Assembly: GCA_038064835.1 (NCBI GenBank)
Contig: JBBTSD010000007.1
Location: 4,893 to 68,892 of the forward strand
Reading direction: 5' to 3'
DNA: 64,000 nt
From: Patescibacteria group bacterium
GTDB taxonomy: Bacteria; Patescibacteriota; Minisyncoccia; Phycocordibacterales; UBA2100
The position numbers were made by a program, and so were the translations under genes. Numbering within the stretch: the first letter of the stretch is position 1; every line of letters starts with the position of its first letter. Under the pieces are notes generated by a model. It did no database searches, was not told where the DNA came from, and saw nothing but the letters and a program-made list of their open reading frames with translations. Positions 19,013 to 28,578 of this stretch are shown here, piece after piece.

Positions 19013-19372
19013 TTATGACGATTGAAGATTTGCTTGCGCACGGGAAATATAACGCCACAATTGCGACATTTTACCTAGCTCACTGAACCGAAATGAGACA
19101 TTGTTGCGATATTTACCCTGATAATCGTCCTGAAAACTTGGTTGTTCTGGCCTTTTCATAAACAAAATACTGTTTTCAGTGTCAATAACAACATCCGTTT
19201 TACCGTCCGTCATGTCTTTATCAGGTCCGATTAGTATTTGCGGATCAATATCTTGGTGAAGATGTTCTTTCCAAACGCGTTGCACTATAGTTGCGGTGAA
19301 AGTCACGATTCGTTCATAGTCTGCGGCGAAAGATTTGTCAGATTCATCCGACAACTTGCTAGCGTGTGGCAC
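19013..19372 (-). CDS. hypothetical protein (119 aa) in a low-GC islet
   Basis: intact ORF with no recognisable motif; local GC about 42% versus about 52% for flanks. Confidence 0.4.
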   Translation of the reverse strand: MPHASKLSDESDKSFAADYERIVTFTATIVQRVWKEHLHQDIDPQILIGPDKDMTDGKTDVVIDTENSILFMKRPEQPSFQDDYQGKYRNNVSFRFSELGKMSQLWRYISRAQANLQSS

Positions 19373-19476
19373 TTTCCGTTAAAATGCATTTCCGCCAAAC
19401 ACGCCAAACACGACTGTATCAGAGGAAATATGGGTATGCTATAATTTTGACATTACAAAAGTAACATACATTTATT

Positions 19477-19935
19477 ATGATATCTGAAGGCGCCTTTAAA
19501 AAATTCGAGGATAGTGCGAGAGCCAGCACATCTCCTACTATGGAATCCCCCCGCCAGGCAGAGGCGCAGAGAAACTTGAATATACTCCAGGACCTTATTG
19601 CCCGAACTCGAACGATAGCAGAATCTTTACCTCCAACCGAGAGACGGGAAATGGCGCAAAAAATTTATACTGCATTTCGCCCAGTTAAAACATTGGATAC
19701 CTCTCATGCGTTAGGAGAAGTTGCTGTGAACTCAGAAGATATCAATCAAGTTCTGGATGTCATATATAATGTAAGCAAACGAAATTTCGAGGAATCGGGA
19801 ACCGTAGATAGTAAATTACCTAATTACGCTTTTCTTTTAAGAGAGTCGGTGCCAGAACTTACACGAGCGCCGGTAAAAGTCTCCGAGGCGGCTCGTGCGG
19901 CAACAGAGAATGCCGAAACCGGTCCGATGACATAA
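19477..19935 (+). CDS. hypothetical protein (152 aa), divergent from 19013-19372
   Basis: intact ORF; AT-rich divergent promoter region 19373-19476; no recognisable domain. Confidence 0.4.
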   Translation: MISEGAFKKFEDSARASTSPTMESPRQAEAQRNLNILQDLIARTRTIAESLPPTERREMAQKIYTAFRPVKTLDTSHALGEVAVNSEDINQVLDVIYNVSKRNFEESGTVDSKLPNYAFLLRESVPELTRAPVKVSEAARAATENAETGPMT

Positions 19936-20103
19936 CGCGCCTTGAATCTCTCGCCAGAAATAGAGATAGTGCCGTGTTAAATCCCTCTCTACACAGGAGT
20001 GCTACGCTTCTATACGCCTATCTCTTTCGAATTCCTTACGGCTTCGACAACATGTAATACCTTGTTGCGACAGCATTCAAGCCCGTGCTATGATTGCCGC
20101 ACT

Positions 20104-21396
20104 ATGAAAAAAGTAGCGCGAACTCGCTCGGTCCGTATCAGCCCCGCTCTTCGTTCCCTCATCAAGAAAACAGTCGCTGAATCCGATTGGCTGCACCACC
20201 CCCCTCCAGGCCGCATCAATAATGGCTGGCCAGTATTTGACGAAAAGGAGGTCCTCCAAGCGCTCGACGCACTCCTCAATGTTCGCATTTCTCAAGGACC
20301 AAAAGTGAAACAATTCGAGGAAATGGCGGCGCGTTATGTAGGCACCCGTTTTGCTATCGCGTGCAATTCAGGATCTTCGGCAAATCTCCTTGCGCTCACG
20401 GCACTCGTAGCATCTGGGAAAGTAGCACCAGGCAGTGAAGTAATCCTCCCCGCGACAACATTCGCTACAGTTGCCTCACCAATTCTCCAGGCCGGTCTTG
20501 TGCCTGTCTATGTAGACATCGATGAAAATTCATGGAACATCGACCCTGCAGAGATCGAAAAAGCAATCGGCCCTAAAACACGCGTCATCATGCCTGTGCA
20601 TACTTTTGGCAATCCTGCCGACATGCCAACTATCATGCGTATCGCAAAGAAGCACGGGCTCATCGTGCTTGAAGATTGTTGCGAAGCGCACGGCGCCATG
20701 ATTGGTAAAAAGAAAGTCGGTTCCATCGGAGACATTTCAACCCTGTCTTTCTTTGTTGCGCACAACATCACCACGGGTGAAGGTGGTATGGTTTTCACAA
20801 ACGACCCCGCCATCGACGCCCTGCTTCGGTCACTCCGTGAATTCGGACGACTCCCTGAAGAAACCATGCGTGCACAGCGCTTCAACTATCCTGACGATGT
20901 TTTAAAAGGCTTTGACGCGCGCTACATTTTCACCCGGCTCGGATACAACCTCCGCATGACTGATATAACCGCGTCAATTGGTATCGAACAAATAAAGAAA
21001 CTCGATAGGCTTAACAAAAAGCGCCTCACCAATGTACGCGCCTATCTGAAAGCCCTCGCCCCTTTCGAAAAATACCTGGTGCTCCCCACTGTTGAGAAAA
21101 GCCATCTGCACAGCTTTTATGGTTTTCCATTCGTAATCCGCAAGGACGCACCATTCTCCAGAATGGATATGGTGAACTTCCTTGAGGAGCGTGGCATAGA
21201 GACACGACCTTTCTTTGGCGGATGCCTTCCTGATCAACCAGCTTTCCGCAACGAACCCAAACGGATCGTAGGCAATCTCTCGATCGCACGATGGACTCGT
21301 GACTATAGTATTTTCATCGGATGCCACGCCGCACTAACACCCGACCATGTGCGTCATGTCACCAATGCACTCAAGGATTTCCTTTCAAGATATTAA
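20104..21396 (+). CDS. DegT/DnrJ/EryC1-family PLP/PMP-dependent nucleotide-sugar 3-dehydratase-like enzyme (ColD/E1-like; active-site Lys replaced by His)
   Basis: about 430 aa from ATG 20104; fold-type I sugar aminotransferase profile; motif LSFFVAHNITTGEGG aligns to SFHxxKNxTxxEGG with His at the Schiff-base Lys position. Confidence 0.7.
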   Translation: MKKVARTRSVRISPALRSLIKKTVAESDWLHHPPPGRINNGWPVFDEKEVLQALDALLNVRISQGPKVKQFEEMAARYVGTRFAIACNSGSSANLLALTALVASGKVAPGSEVILPATTFATVASPILQAGLVPVYVDIDENSWNIDPAEIEKAIGPKTRVIMPVHTFGNPADMPTIMRIAKKHGLIVLEDCCEAHGAMIGKKKVGSIGDISTLSFFVAHNITTGEGGMVFTNDPAIDALLRSLREFGRLPEETMRAQRFNYPDDVLKGFDARYIFTRLGYNLRMTDITASIGIEQIKKLDRLNKKRLTNVRAYLKALAPFEKYLVLPTVEKSHLHSFYGFPFVIRKDAPFSRMDMVNFLEERGIETRPFFGGCLPDQPAFRNEPKRIVGNLSIARWTRDYSIFIGCHAALTPDHVRHVTNALKDFLSRY

Positions 21397-21405
21397 ACGG
21401 GAGCT

Positions 21406-22347
21406 ATGAAAAAAGGCGCACGCATACTCGTCACCGGTGCCAGTGGCTTCCTGGGAAAACATGTGGTGTCTCTCCTGCTTGGGGAGGGTTATCATGTCAG
21501 CACTCTTGGACGCACCCCCTCGGCGCAAGGACTCCCCCATTTCCAAGCAGATCTCGGTCATGACACACCTGTAGACGCAGTCAGTACAATGGACGCCATA
21601 GTACATCTTGCCTGCGATGTGAGCATTGCTCGCTCCATCGAAAATCCAGACTCGCACATTGCAAACAATCTTGCGATGACACTCGCCATTTTACAGGCAT
21701 GCCGATCCTCTGTGCACAAACCGCTCGTGATTTTTCTCTCTACCGACCGCGTCTATGGCAAAGCGAGCGGACGCGTTACCGAACAATCGCCCACTTTCCC
21801 TATCGAACCATACACCGCATCCAAGATCATGGGCGAGGTCGCGCTTGCGACCTATGCAAATCAGTTTGGAATACCCTACATCGCGATTCGCGCAAGTGCC
21901 TTTTTTGGCCCACACCAACCGCGTAGAAGTTTTATTTCTGATGTCATTCAAAAAATGATTACTGAAGCCGTAGTTGTTGTCGGTCCTTTAAAGTCGGTGA
22001 AGAATTTTACCTATGTGGAGAATGTGGCGTACGCCGTCCTCGCCGCTCTTAAAGCACCTCGTTCAGCACACAATCGTACATACAATGTTGGTGGAAAGCC
22101 GGTCGCTCTCTCGCGGGTTCTCGCGCTCAGCAAGACGATTCTCGAAAAGCGCCTCGGCAAGAAAATTCGTATGCGCACAGATCGATCAATTCGTTTACCA
22201 CAACAGAACGAGATTGGCCCCTTTACACTTTCTACCGCATCGGCCCACAAAACACTTCGGTGGAAAGAGAGAACTCCCCTCAAGGCAGGTCTTGAGAAAA
22301 CAATTGACTACTTCTTAGAAATCTTCTTAACACCTGAAAACCAGTAG
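21406..22347 (+). CDS. NAD(P)-dependent epimerase/reductase (extended SDR; GDP-6-deoxyhexose synthase-like)
   Basis: 313 aa; ILVTGASGFLGKHV Rossmann motif; YTASK catalytic motif; immediately downstream of the 3-dehydratase-like gene. Confidence 0.75.
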   Translation: MKKGARILVTGASGFLGKHVVSLLLGEGYHVSTLGRTPSAQGLPHFQADLGHDTPVDAVSTMDAIVHLACDVSIARSIENPDSHIANNLAMTLAILQACRSSVHKPLVIFLSTDRVYGKASGRVTEQSPTFPIEPYTASKIMGEVALATYANQFGIPYIAIRASAFFGPHQPRRSFISDVIQKMITEAVVVVGPLKSVKNFTYVENVAYAVLAALKAPRSAHNRTYNVGGKPVALSRVLALSKTILEKRLGKKIRMRTDRSIRLPQQNEIGPFTLSTASAHKTLRWKERTPLKAGLEKTIDYFLEIFLTPENQ

Positions 22348-23051
22348 TGAAAAATGCCCCAGATATACCAGTAGAGGTATGCACCAATCCATCCAAAGAA
22401 CGCGAACCGCGAAGTACCTTCCGTTCGTTCGGTCCACATAACAGGGACCTCAGAAATGTGCTCCCCTTTGAGATGTGCTTTGAGTGTGAGCTCGAGCACG
22501 CATGTAAAACCGCGCGTTGATTCTATTGGTGTAACTTGCAAAAATGAAGTGCGAAAAAGCTTTGTTGCATAGGTCGCATCATGCGCTGGTAACCCAACCA
22601 AAAAGTGGAGTGAGAGCCCGGCCATGCGCGACAAAAAACCTTTGAGAAAGTTGCCTCCATGATGGGATCCGCCGCGCATATAGCGTGATGCCGCAACCAC
22701 AGCGGCGTCGGTCTCGTTCATGCACTCGACCATAGCATCTATTTTCTCTACCACTTCAACCGGATCATCTACCATCAGCAGGAGCGTTTTTGGTGCTTCC
22801 GCTACCCGAAAACCTGTCTTAATCGCAGGGAGCACGCCTCGGCCATCATTCTGGACCAAACAAATTCTTTTGTCCTTTTCAGCGAGCGGCCTTGCGGCTG
22901 CAAGCGTCGTGTCTTCGGGCAGGTCATAGACGAGTATCAGGCGCCACTCGGTATGCACAAGTCGAGAGAGGTGCCCATAGAGCACCTCAAAGTTCTCACG
23001 CTCGTTATATACAGGAACAACAATATCAAGGTCGCTCGTCATCGAGCGCAT
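22308..23051 (-). CDS. GT2 polyprenyl-phosphate sugar synthase (Dpm1/GtrB-like) with C-terminal membrane anchor
   Basis: 247 aa; DIVVPVYNEREN; DDP DxD-like motif; C-terminal hydrophobic helix. Confidence 0.7.
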   Translation of the reverse strand: MRSMTSDLDIVVPVYNERENFEVLYGHLSRLVHTEWRLILVYDLPEDTTLAAARPLAEKDKRICLVQNDGRGVLPAIKTGFRVAEAPKTLLLMVDDPVEVVEKIDAMVECMNETDAAVVAASRYMRGGSHHGGNFLKGFLSRMAGLSLHFLVGLPAHDATYATKLFRTSFLQVTPIESTRGFTCVLELTLKAHLKGEHISEVPVMWTERTEGTSRFAFFGWIGAYLYWYIWGIFHYWFSGVKKISKK

Positions 23052-23062
23052 GGTAGCACGCG

Positions 23063-25264
23063 ATGAATGAATGCAATATACTCACCCCCATGCATATTTC
23101 GATTGAGCGTGTCTTTGCGGTTTTGTTTGTAGCCGCCTCTCTGCTTGCGCAGGTAGCCGCACGGGCGACGACACATCTCGGTGTTCCAGAATCTCCACTC
23201 CAGGCGTTTTACCTGCAAGGATTTGCCGGCACACTCGCAGAAGCGAGTGTATTTTTGTTTGTTGTTGGTGCGTGTTTTGGAGCCTATGCGTTTTCAGAAA
23301 GCTTCCGCACCACAATACAAAGAACCTCCGCACAGGTTGATGGATATCTCCGCACATGCTCGTTGTCGCATTACGCTCTCATTTCGTTTTGCGCTACCGC
23401 CACAGTCCTCTTTCTGTTAAATGCGCCAGGTATTCTCTATGGCACATTTATGATTGACGACTACAAAATGTACGCTATCGCGACAGAGTCGAGCGCTTGG
23501 GATCTTGTGTGGACTCCAATCAACGACCATGTCATCCCCCTCTTCTGGCTTGAGCTGAAAGCACTTTTCGCCATCATTGGTGCACATCCACCGTTCTTAA
23601 ACTTTCCTCTTTTCCTCCCTGCTGTGCTCGCAATTGGTGGAATCGCCGTGCTCTTGCGACAACTCAAATTCGGTCCAGATACTCTTTTCATTTTTCTTGG
23701 CCTCTTTGCAACAACGACCATCGTGAGCCACCAACTGTATGGCTTCTACGCGGTCGCACCCTATTTCCAAGTACTCGCCACCTTTGTCCTGTCACTCATA
23801 TTTTTCGTGAAGGCGCAGGAGGGACTGCGTTTTACACACATATACCAAACACTTTCGTTTGTTCTGGTGGGGATGTCACTGCTCATTGAAAGTGGGGGTG
23901 TGTGGACACCTGTAGCTTACACACTTTTTATATATGCCTTTCACATCCTTCAAACGAACAAGTGGGGTATCCGAGGACTGCTCAGAGCGTATGCGTGGCA
24001 ACTGTTCGCGACAAGTATCATCACATTCTCCTATCTTGCCTACCTTGTGGTGCTCCCCCGCTACACCACAGAGTCTTTCTTTGGATTTAGTCGCCTACCC
24101 ATATCGTTTGACACTATCGTCCAGTTTTATCATGTCCTCACTGCAGGCACTCTGCTTTCTCTCTTTGCCCCGCGACTCGGCCTTGTGGTAAGCCAACCAC
24201 GACTTTTAAGCCTTATCGTACCGTGGCATGTTGCCATGTTCGTCCTTTTTTGTGCATTCACTGCACTTGTTATATACACCTTGCGCAAAGGCACTACACA
24301 AGCTCGAGTGCTGGTACCATACTTCACACTCGTTATGTGTGGCACCGCACTGCTTGTCGCCATTGCGCGTCCAAGCTCAAACCCTGCAGCTTTTTTTCGT
24401 GACCAAAATCTGCTCTTCCCGCTTTTTTTTCTCGCGATTGCCCTCACTACACATGCGCACGAATGGGTACGCAGTGCGCCAACCGAGAGGATTCGACACG
24501 CCCGCACCGCCACAACAATCGCATTTCTCGCTATTGTATTCGTTGCACAGCATGTATTTTCATTCTACAAACAGCAGTATGTGGACGACCTTACCTTCAA
24601 CCAATCTCTTACTAGTCGTTTGCAGGAGACACTTGTGCCAGCCCTTAATGAACTCTCGGCATCATCCTCGCCGCTTGTCATCCCATCATTGGGCCCGCTC
24701 TTTCTTAACGGAGGTTTCCATCAACTTCCACCACTTGCCGACTTTTCCTCTTTCATAGGAATCAACAATGTGCAGTGGTTACCAATGCATCAAGGGCCAT
24801 ATATCGCTTCGACTTCTCCCTTGTTTATCGAAGCCCTTACAAGCGACGATCGCCTCCGCGCATGGTATCTCGCAAATGGCGAGATACCGGAACTATGCAC
24901 TTCGAAGATATCTGACAACAACTCACTCTCTGCAACTGCTGACAAACCTGTTCGCATCGCCACAACGATTGATCCTGAAAGAGCCCATATATTGCATTTC
25001 GACCTCGAGGCGCGTGATGCTTCCGAAAAGATTTTTGTCGAGCTTTCGTTCAAAAACGACTTCTCTGCAACGGGAACCCGCGCCTACATTCGACTTGATC
25101 AGTACACCAAGCGTATTGATACCCCAGAAAGGAGGTACGCGTGCACTGTCGACCTAAACGAGATACCCGCCTTTGCTCTCTCTAAAAAGGTTCGTAACAT
25201 TACTTTCACAGTGACAAGTCCTGGTGAATATCATCTCAACAGCACCAGTATCAGCCCGCGCTAG
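23063..25264 (+). CDS. large polytopic membrane protein, putative GT-C-type glycosyltransferase (about 13 TM + about 250-aa extracytoplasmic C-domain)
   Basis: 733 aa; hydrophobicity pattern; divergently adjacent to the Dpm1-like GT2. Confidence 0.45.
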   Translation: MNECNILTPMHISIERVFAVLFVAASLLAQVAARATTHLGVPESPLQAFYLQGFAGTLAEASVFLFVVGACFGAYAFSESFRTTIQRTSAQVDGYLRTCSLSHYALISFCATATVLFLLNAPGILYGTFMIDDYKMYAIATESSAWDLVWTPINDHVIPLFWLELKALFAIIGAHPPFLNFPLFLPAVLAIGGIAVLLRQLKFGPDTLFIFLGLFATTTIVSHQLYGFYAVAPYFQVLATFVLSLIFFVKAQEGLRFTHIYQTLSFVLVGMSLLIESGGVWTPVAYTLFIYAFHILQTNKWGIRGLLRAYAWQLFATSIITFSYLAYLVVLPRYTTESFFGFSRLPISFDTIVQFYHVLTAGTLLSLFAPRLGLVVSQPRLLSLIVPWHVAMFVLFCAFTALVIYTLRKGTTQARVLVPYFTLVMCGTALLVAIARPSSNPAAFFRDQNLLFPLFFLAIALTTHAHEWVRSAPTERIRHARTATTIAFLAIVFVAQHVFSFYKQQYVDDLTFNQSLTSRLQETLVPALNELSASSSPLVIPSLGPLFLNGGFHQLPPLADFSSFIGINNVQWLPMHQGPYIASTSPLFIEALTSDDRLRAWYLANGEIPELCTSKISDNNSLSATADKPVRIATTIDPERAHILHFDLEARDASEKIFVELSFKNDFSATGTRAYIRLDQYTKRIDTPERRYACTVDLNEIPAFALSKKVRNITFTVTSPGEYHLNSTSISPR

Positions 25265-26394
25265 CGTCGTCGGAAAACAATAATCCGGTACGCGAAAAAA
25301 TTCGTGCCTGCAATCACAACGCCTGCAAGGATCGCCGCGATAAGGTAAGGGATTCGAAGGAACTCGACTGAAAACCACATGATGGCGAGATTCATAAAAA
25401 AATTAACACCCACAACGCACAGGTACAGTGCAAATTGGACATGTGTCTGAGAAATGTCTCGTTCGCGGAAAGTGAAAAACTTGTGAAGCAAGAAACTCAC
25501 CATGAGTGCTGCCCCGAGTGATATGGCAGAGGCGTGCAAGTAGTAAAATCCTCCAAACTCCACCAATGTGTATAAAGTTACTAGATTTGTCGCTGCGGCA
25601 GTTAAACCGGATATGATGTAACGCACTAGCTGTGCTATGGGCATATAGAAAACGCTCTTCAAGAGATTCTTGCCGAGATGCAAAATGCTCGGCGGCAAGA
25701 CGCCGAGGAATGGAACCACAAGTCGCCAGCGCTCGGAATAGTAGGTGAATAGAAACGGGTGTATTAAAGCAAGTGCCTTGTCGTGTCCTGAACGAATTTC
25801 TTCTAGAAGTTTGGGGTACTGTGGGAGACTATCTCGATGTATGTACAATAAAATATTTTGCTGGTAGAAAAATGAAATGAGTGAGTTACCCCACAAGTGG
25901 CGACGCAATGCATCGACAGGTACATAACCATGGGCTGCGAACTTTTTCTCCCAGTACTCCGGCCACTGCTCATTTACATGGCGAGACCCCCCCTGCAAAG
26001 GAATAGCGGCAGAAAAAAGCACAATCCGAGCAGCGGTCGTCAGGGTTTCGATAAGCATATCAGCAACAGATGCGGGCAAATGTTCGGCAACTTCCAAACA
26101 AACCGCCAAATCGAATGATCGATCGAATGCTATTGGCTTCTCCAAGTCAGTTGCACGGAAGCGTGCTTGTGGAAAAACAAGCTTCTCGCGTTCTACATAG
26201 TCGCCATCGTAGCCCACCACATCCTCAATACCATGCTCTATAAACGCTTTGAGCCAAAGCCCTCTCCCGCAACCAATATCGACTACACTTTTAGGCTGTA
26301 CCAAATCAAGAACGAGCGGCACTACCGCCCGCGCAGAGACAAGATTTGACTTGTCCATTTCGTCAAAGAAAACTTGGTCGTATGAGCCCGTCAT
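25261..26394 (-). CDS. fusion protein: class I SAM-dependent methyltransferase (N-terminal) + GtrA-like 4-TM domain (C-terminal)
   Basis: VVDIGCGRGLW SAM motif; C-terminal about 130 aa with four TM helices ending YRIIVFRRR, typical of the GtrA family; ATG 26394 preferred over the TTG at 26451. Confidence 0.65.
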   Translation of the reverse strand: MTGSYDQVFFDEMDKSNLVSARAVVPLVLDLVQPKSVVDIGCGRGLWLKAFIEHGIEDVVGYDGDYVEREKLVFPQARFRATDLEKPIAFDRSFDLAVCLEVAEHLPASVADMLIETLTTAARIVLFSAAIPLQGGSRHVNEQWPEYWEKKFAAHGYVPVDALRRHLWGNSLISFFYQQNILLYIHRDSLPQYPKLLEEIRSGHDKALALIHPFLFTYYSERWRLVVPFLGVLPPSILHLGKNLLKSVFYMPIAQLVRYIISGLTAAATNLVTLYTLVEFGGFYYLHASAISLGAALMVSFLLHKFFTFRERDISQTHVQFALYLCVVGVNFFMNLAIMWFSVEFLRIPYLIAAILAGVVIAGTNFFAYRIIVFRRR

Positions 26395-26487
26395 GGGTGC
26401 CAGTATACCCCCACACTGCCCTTGTCCAAAACAAACAGTTGCCGACAACAATTGTATTTATCTGCGCTCACCCGCTATACTTCGAGT

Positions 26488-28254
26488 ATGTGTGGCATCA
26501 TCGGAATAGTTGGGCATGAGCGAGATTCTCGTGAAAAAGCTATAGCGGGAGCGCTCCCCACTCTTGGCAAAAGAGGTCCCGACGACAGCGCTGTGGCCAC
26601 ATTTCAAAATGCGACATTCGGTCACACCCGTCTTTCAATTATCGACCTTACAAGCGGAGCCCAGCCTATGAAGGACAACGCTCGCGACCTCACCATCACC
26701 TTTAACGGCGAGATATTTAATTACAAGGAACTACGAAATACACTTGAAAAATCTGGCCACCGATTTTCTACCACCTCAGATACCGAAGTAATACTCAAGG
26801 CATATTCAGAGTACGGCGACGCGTGCCCCAGATATCTTGATGGTCAGTTTGCCTTTGCCATCTGGGATAATCCGAAATCGCGACTGTTTCTCGCACGCGA
26901 CCGATTTGGTGAAAAACCACTGTTTTACAGCCACGCCCACGATGCTTTTTTATTCTCCTCGGAAATAAAAGCACTCCTCGCGACAGGGTTGGTCGAAAAA
27001 ACTCTTGACAGGGTCTCTTTCGATAATTACCTAGCCCTCTACTTCATCCCGCCCTGGCGCAGTGCGTACAAAAACATCACTCCACTCCTCCCTGCGCACA
27101 CCGCCGTATTTGAAAATGGGCGCCTCACGACCACTCGCTACTGGAAGCTCACTCGCAAAGAAAATACTAGTTCCTACAATGATGCCGCAGACTACATACG
27201 CGACATGCTCACAAAGTCCGCACAGAGCCGTATGGTCGCCGATGTTGAGGTGGGTGTATTTCTATCCGGCGGTATCGACTCGAGTATCGTAACAGCACTC
27301 GCCCAAAAGACTGCCGGCCGAAAACTTAAATCATTCTCCGCGGGCTTTGATGAACATATAAACGAACTTCCCTATGCGCGGGAAGTTGCGCTCCATGTCG
27401 GTTCAGATCATTACGAACGCAACATTCAGGTTTCGCTCGAAGATATTCGGGAAACGACACGGTACTACGACGAACCTCTTGGTGACTCATCAAATATCCC
27501 TACCGCTCTCATATCCAAACTTGCGCGAGAGAAAGTGAAGGTGGTGCTTTCCGGAGATGGCGGCGATGAGCTTTTTTTTGGGTACGGACACTACCGGGCA
27601 CATTGGCATCTGCCAAAAGTAAAAAAAATAGTGAGCCTCCTTCTGCGCTACACCCCAGACACTCTCTACAAACGCAGTCATCTCAGTATGTTTTCTCTGC
27701 GCGAGCGAACAAAACTTGCACTCGACTCCAGTCATATCGAGAACGACCTTACTGCACACCTGGATCTTTCTGAGGCAGAAACCCCTCTTCAGAAAATATG
27801 CTTGCTTGATATGTATCTCAAGCTCCCCGGTGACATGCTTACCAAAGTGGACCGATCTTCAATGATGCACTCTTTGGAAGTACGGAGTCCATTTCTCAAC
27901 CATAAACTTGCGGAGTTTGCCTTTAACCTTCCTGATGACTACAAGACAACACGAACGCAAGGGAAAATAATTTTAGAGACCGCTTGTGGCGATTTTCTGC
28001 CTAAAAGCGTATTCACTCGAAAGAAGCAGGGGTTTGGAGCGCCGGTCAAACACTGGCTTAAAGAAAAGCCTGTGCAGGCACTTGTTACCGAACTATTTAA
28101 AGACCCTCGTACGGCATTCTTGTTTAATGCCGATGTACTACGCGGTCATATAGATGCGTTCTATTCTGGCAACGACTCTTTGAGCTACAAAACCTGGATG
28201 CTCTTTGCACTTGAGCTTTGGATGCGCGAGCATGGTGATGGATACAATCTTTAA
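26488..28254 (+). CDS. asnB: asparagine synthase (glutamine-hydrolysing) family amidotransferase, second copy
   Basis: MCGIIGIV Cys2 start at ATG 26488; SGGIDSS PP-loop; about 589 aa. Confidence 0.85.
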   Translation: MCGIIGIVGHERDSREKAIAGALPTLGKRGPDDSAVATFQNATFGHTRLSIIDLTSGAQPMKDNARDLTITFNGEIFNYKELRNTLEKSGHRFSTTSDTEVILKAYSEYGDACPRYLDGQFAFAIWDNPKSRLFLARDRFGEKPLFYSHAHDAFLFSSEIKALLATGLVEKTLDRVSFDNYLALYFIPPWRSAYKNITPLLPAHTAVFENGRLTTTRYWKLTRKENTSSYNDAADYIRDMLTKSAQSRMVADVEVGVFLSGGIDSSIVTALAQKTAGRKLKSFSAGFDEHINELPYAREVALHVGSDHYERNIQVSLEDIRETTRYYDEPLGDSSNIPTALISKLAREKVKVVLSGDGGDELFFGYGHYRAHWHLPKVKKIVSLLLRYTPDTLYKRSHLSMFSLRERTKLALDSSHIENDLTAHLDLSEAETPLQKICLLDMYLKLPGDMLTKVDRSSMMHSLEVRSPFLNHKLAEFAFNLPDDYKTTRTQGKIILETACGDFLPKSVFTRKKQGFGAPVKHWLKEKPVQALVTELFKDPRTAFLFNADVLRGHIDAFYSGNDSLSYKTWMLFALELWMREHGDGYNL

Positions 28255-28578
28255 TTTACCACTTGCCTCATTATGCAGATACTCCACTGGATGTGGAGTA
28301 TTGTTTTGAATAGACACAGAGCCGTCGTCTTATCCCACCACGAGGTGGTACCCACCAACAAGGAGCATATATCCGAGTATTACAAATGTCAGAAATACCC
28401 ATATTTTGTAGGAATCATCCTTGCTCTTCTCGCTCATTACTCACATCTCCATGTTTACAACACCATCTATTCCTGTAAGACCGTAACCTGAAATATGACA
28501 AGAAACAACTTCGCAGGGCCGAACTCCTTCACGCTTTGCTCACTTATCGAAAACCGATATAATACTGGTCATACTCTT

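Noticed and set aside
28273-28491. 72-aa plus-strand ORF between asnB and the SDR gene
   Set aside because: His/Tyr-rich with no hydrophobic or conserved pattern; more likely a non-coding spacer with promoter for the downstream SDR gene. Not reported as a feature.
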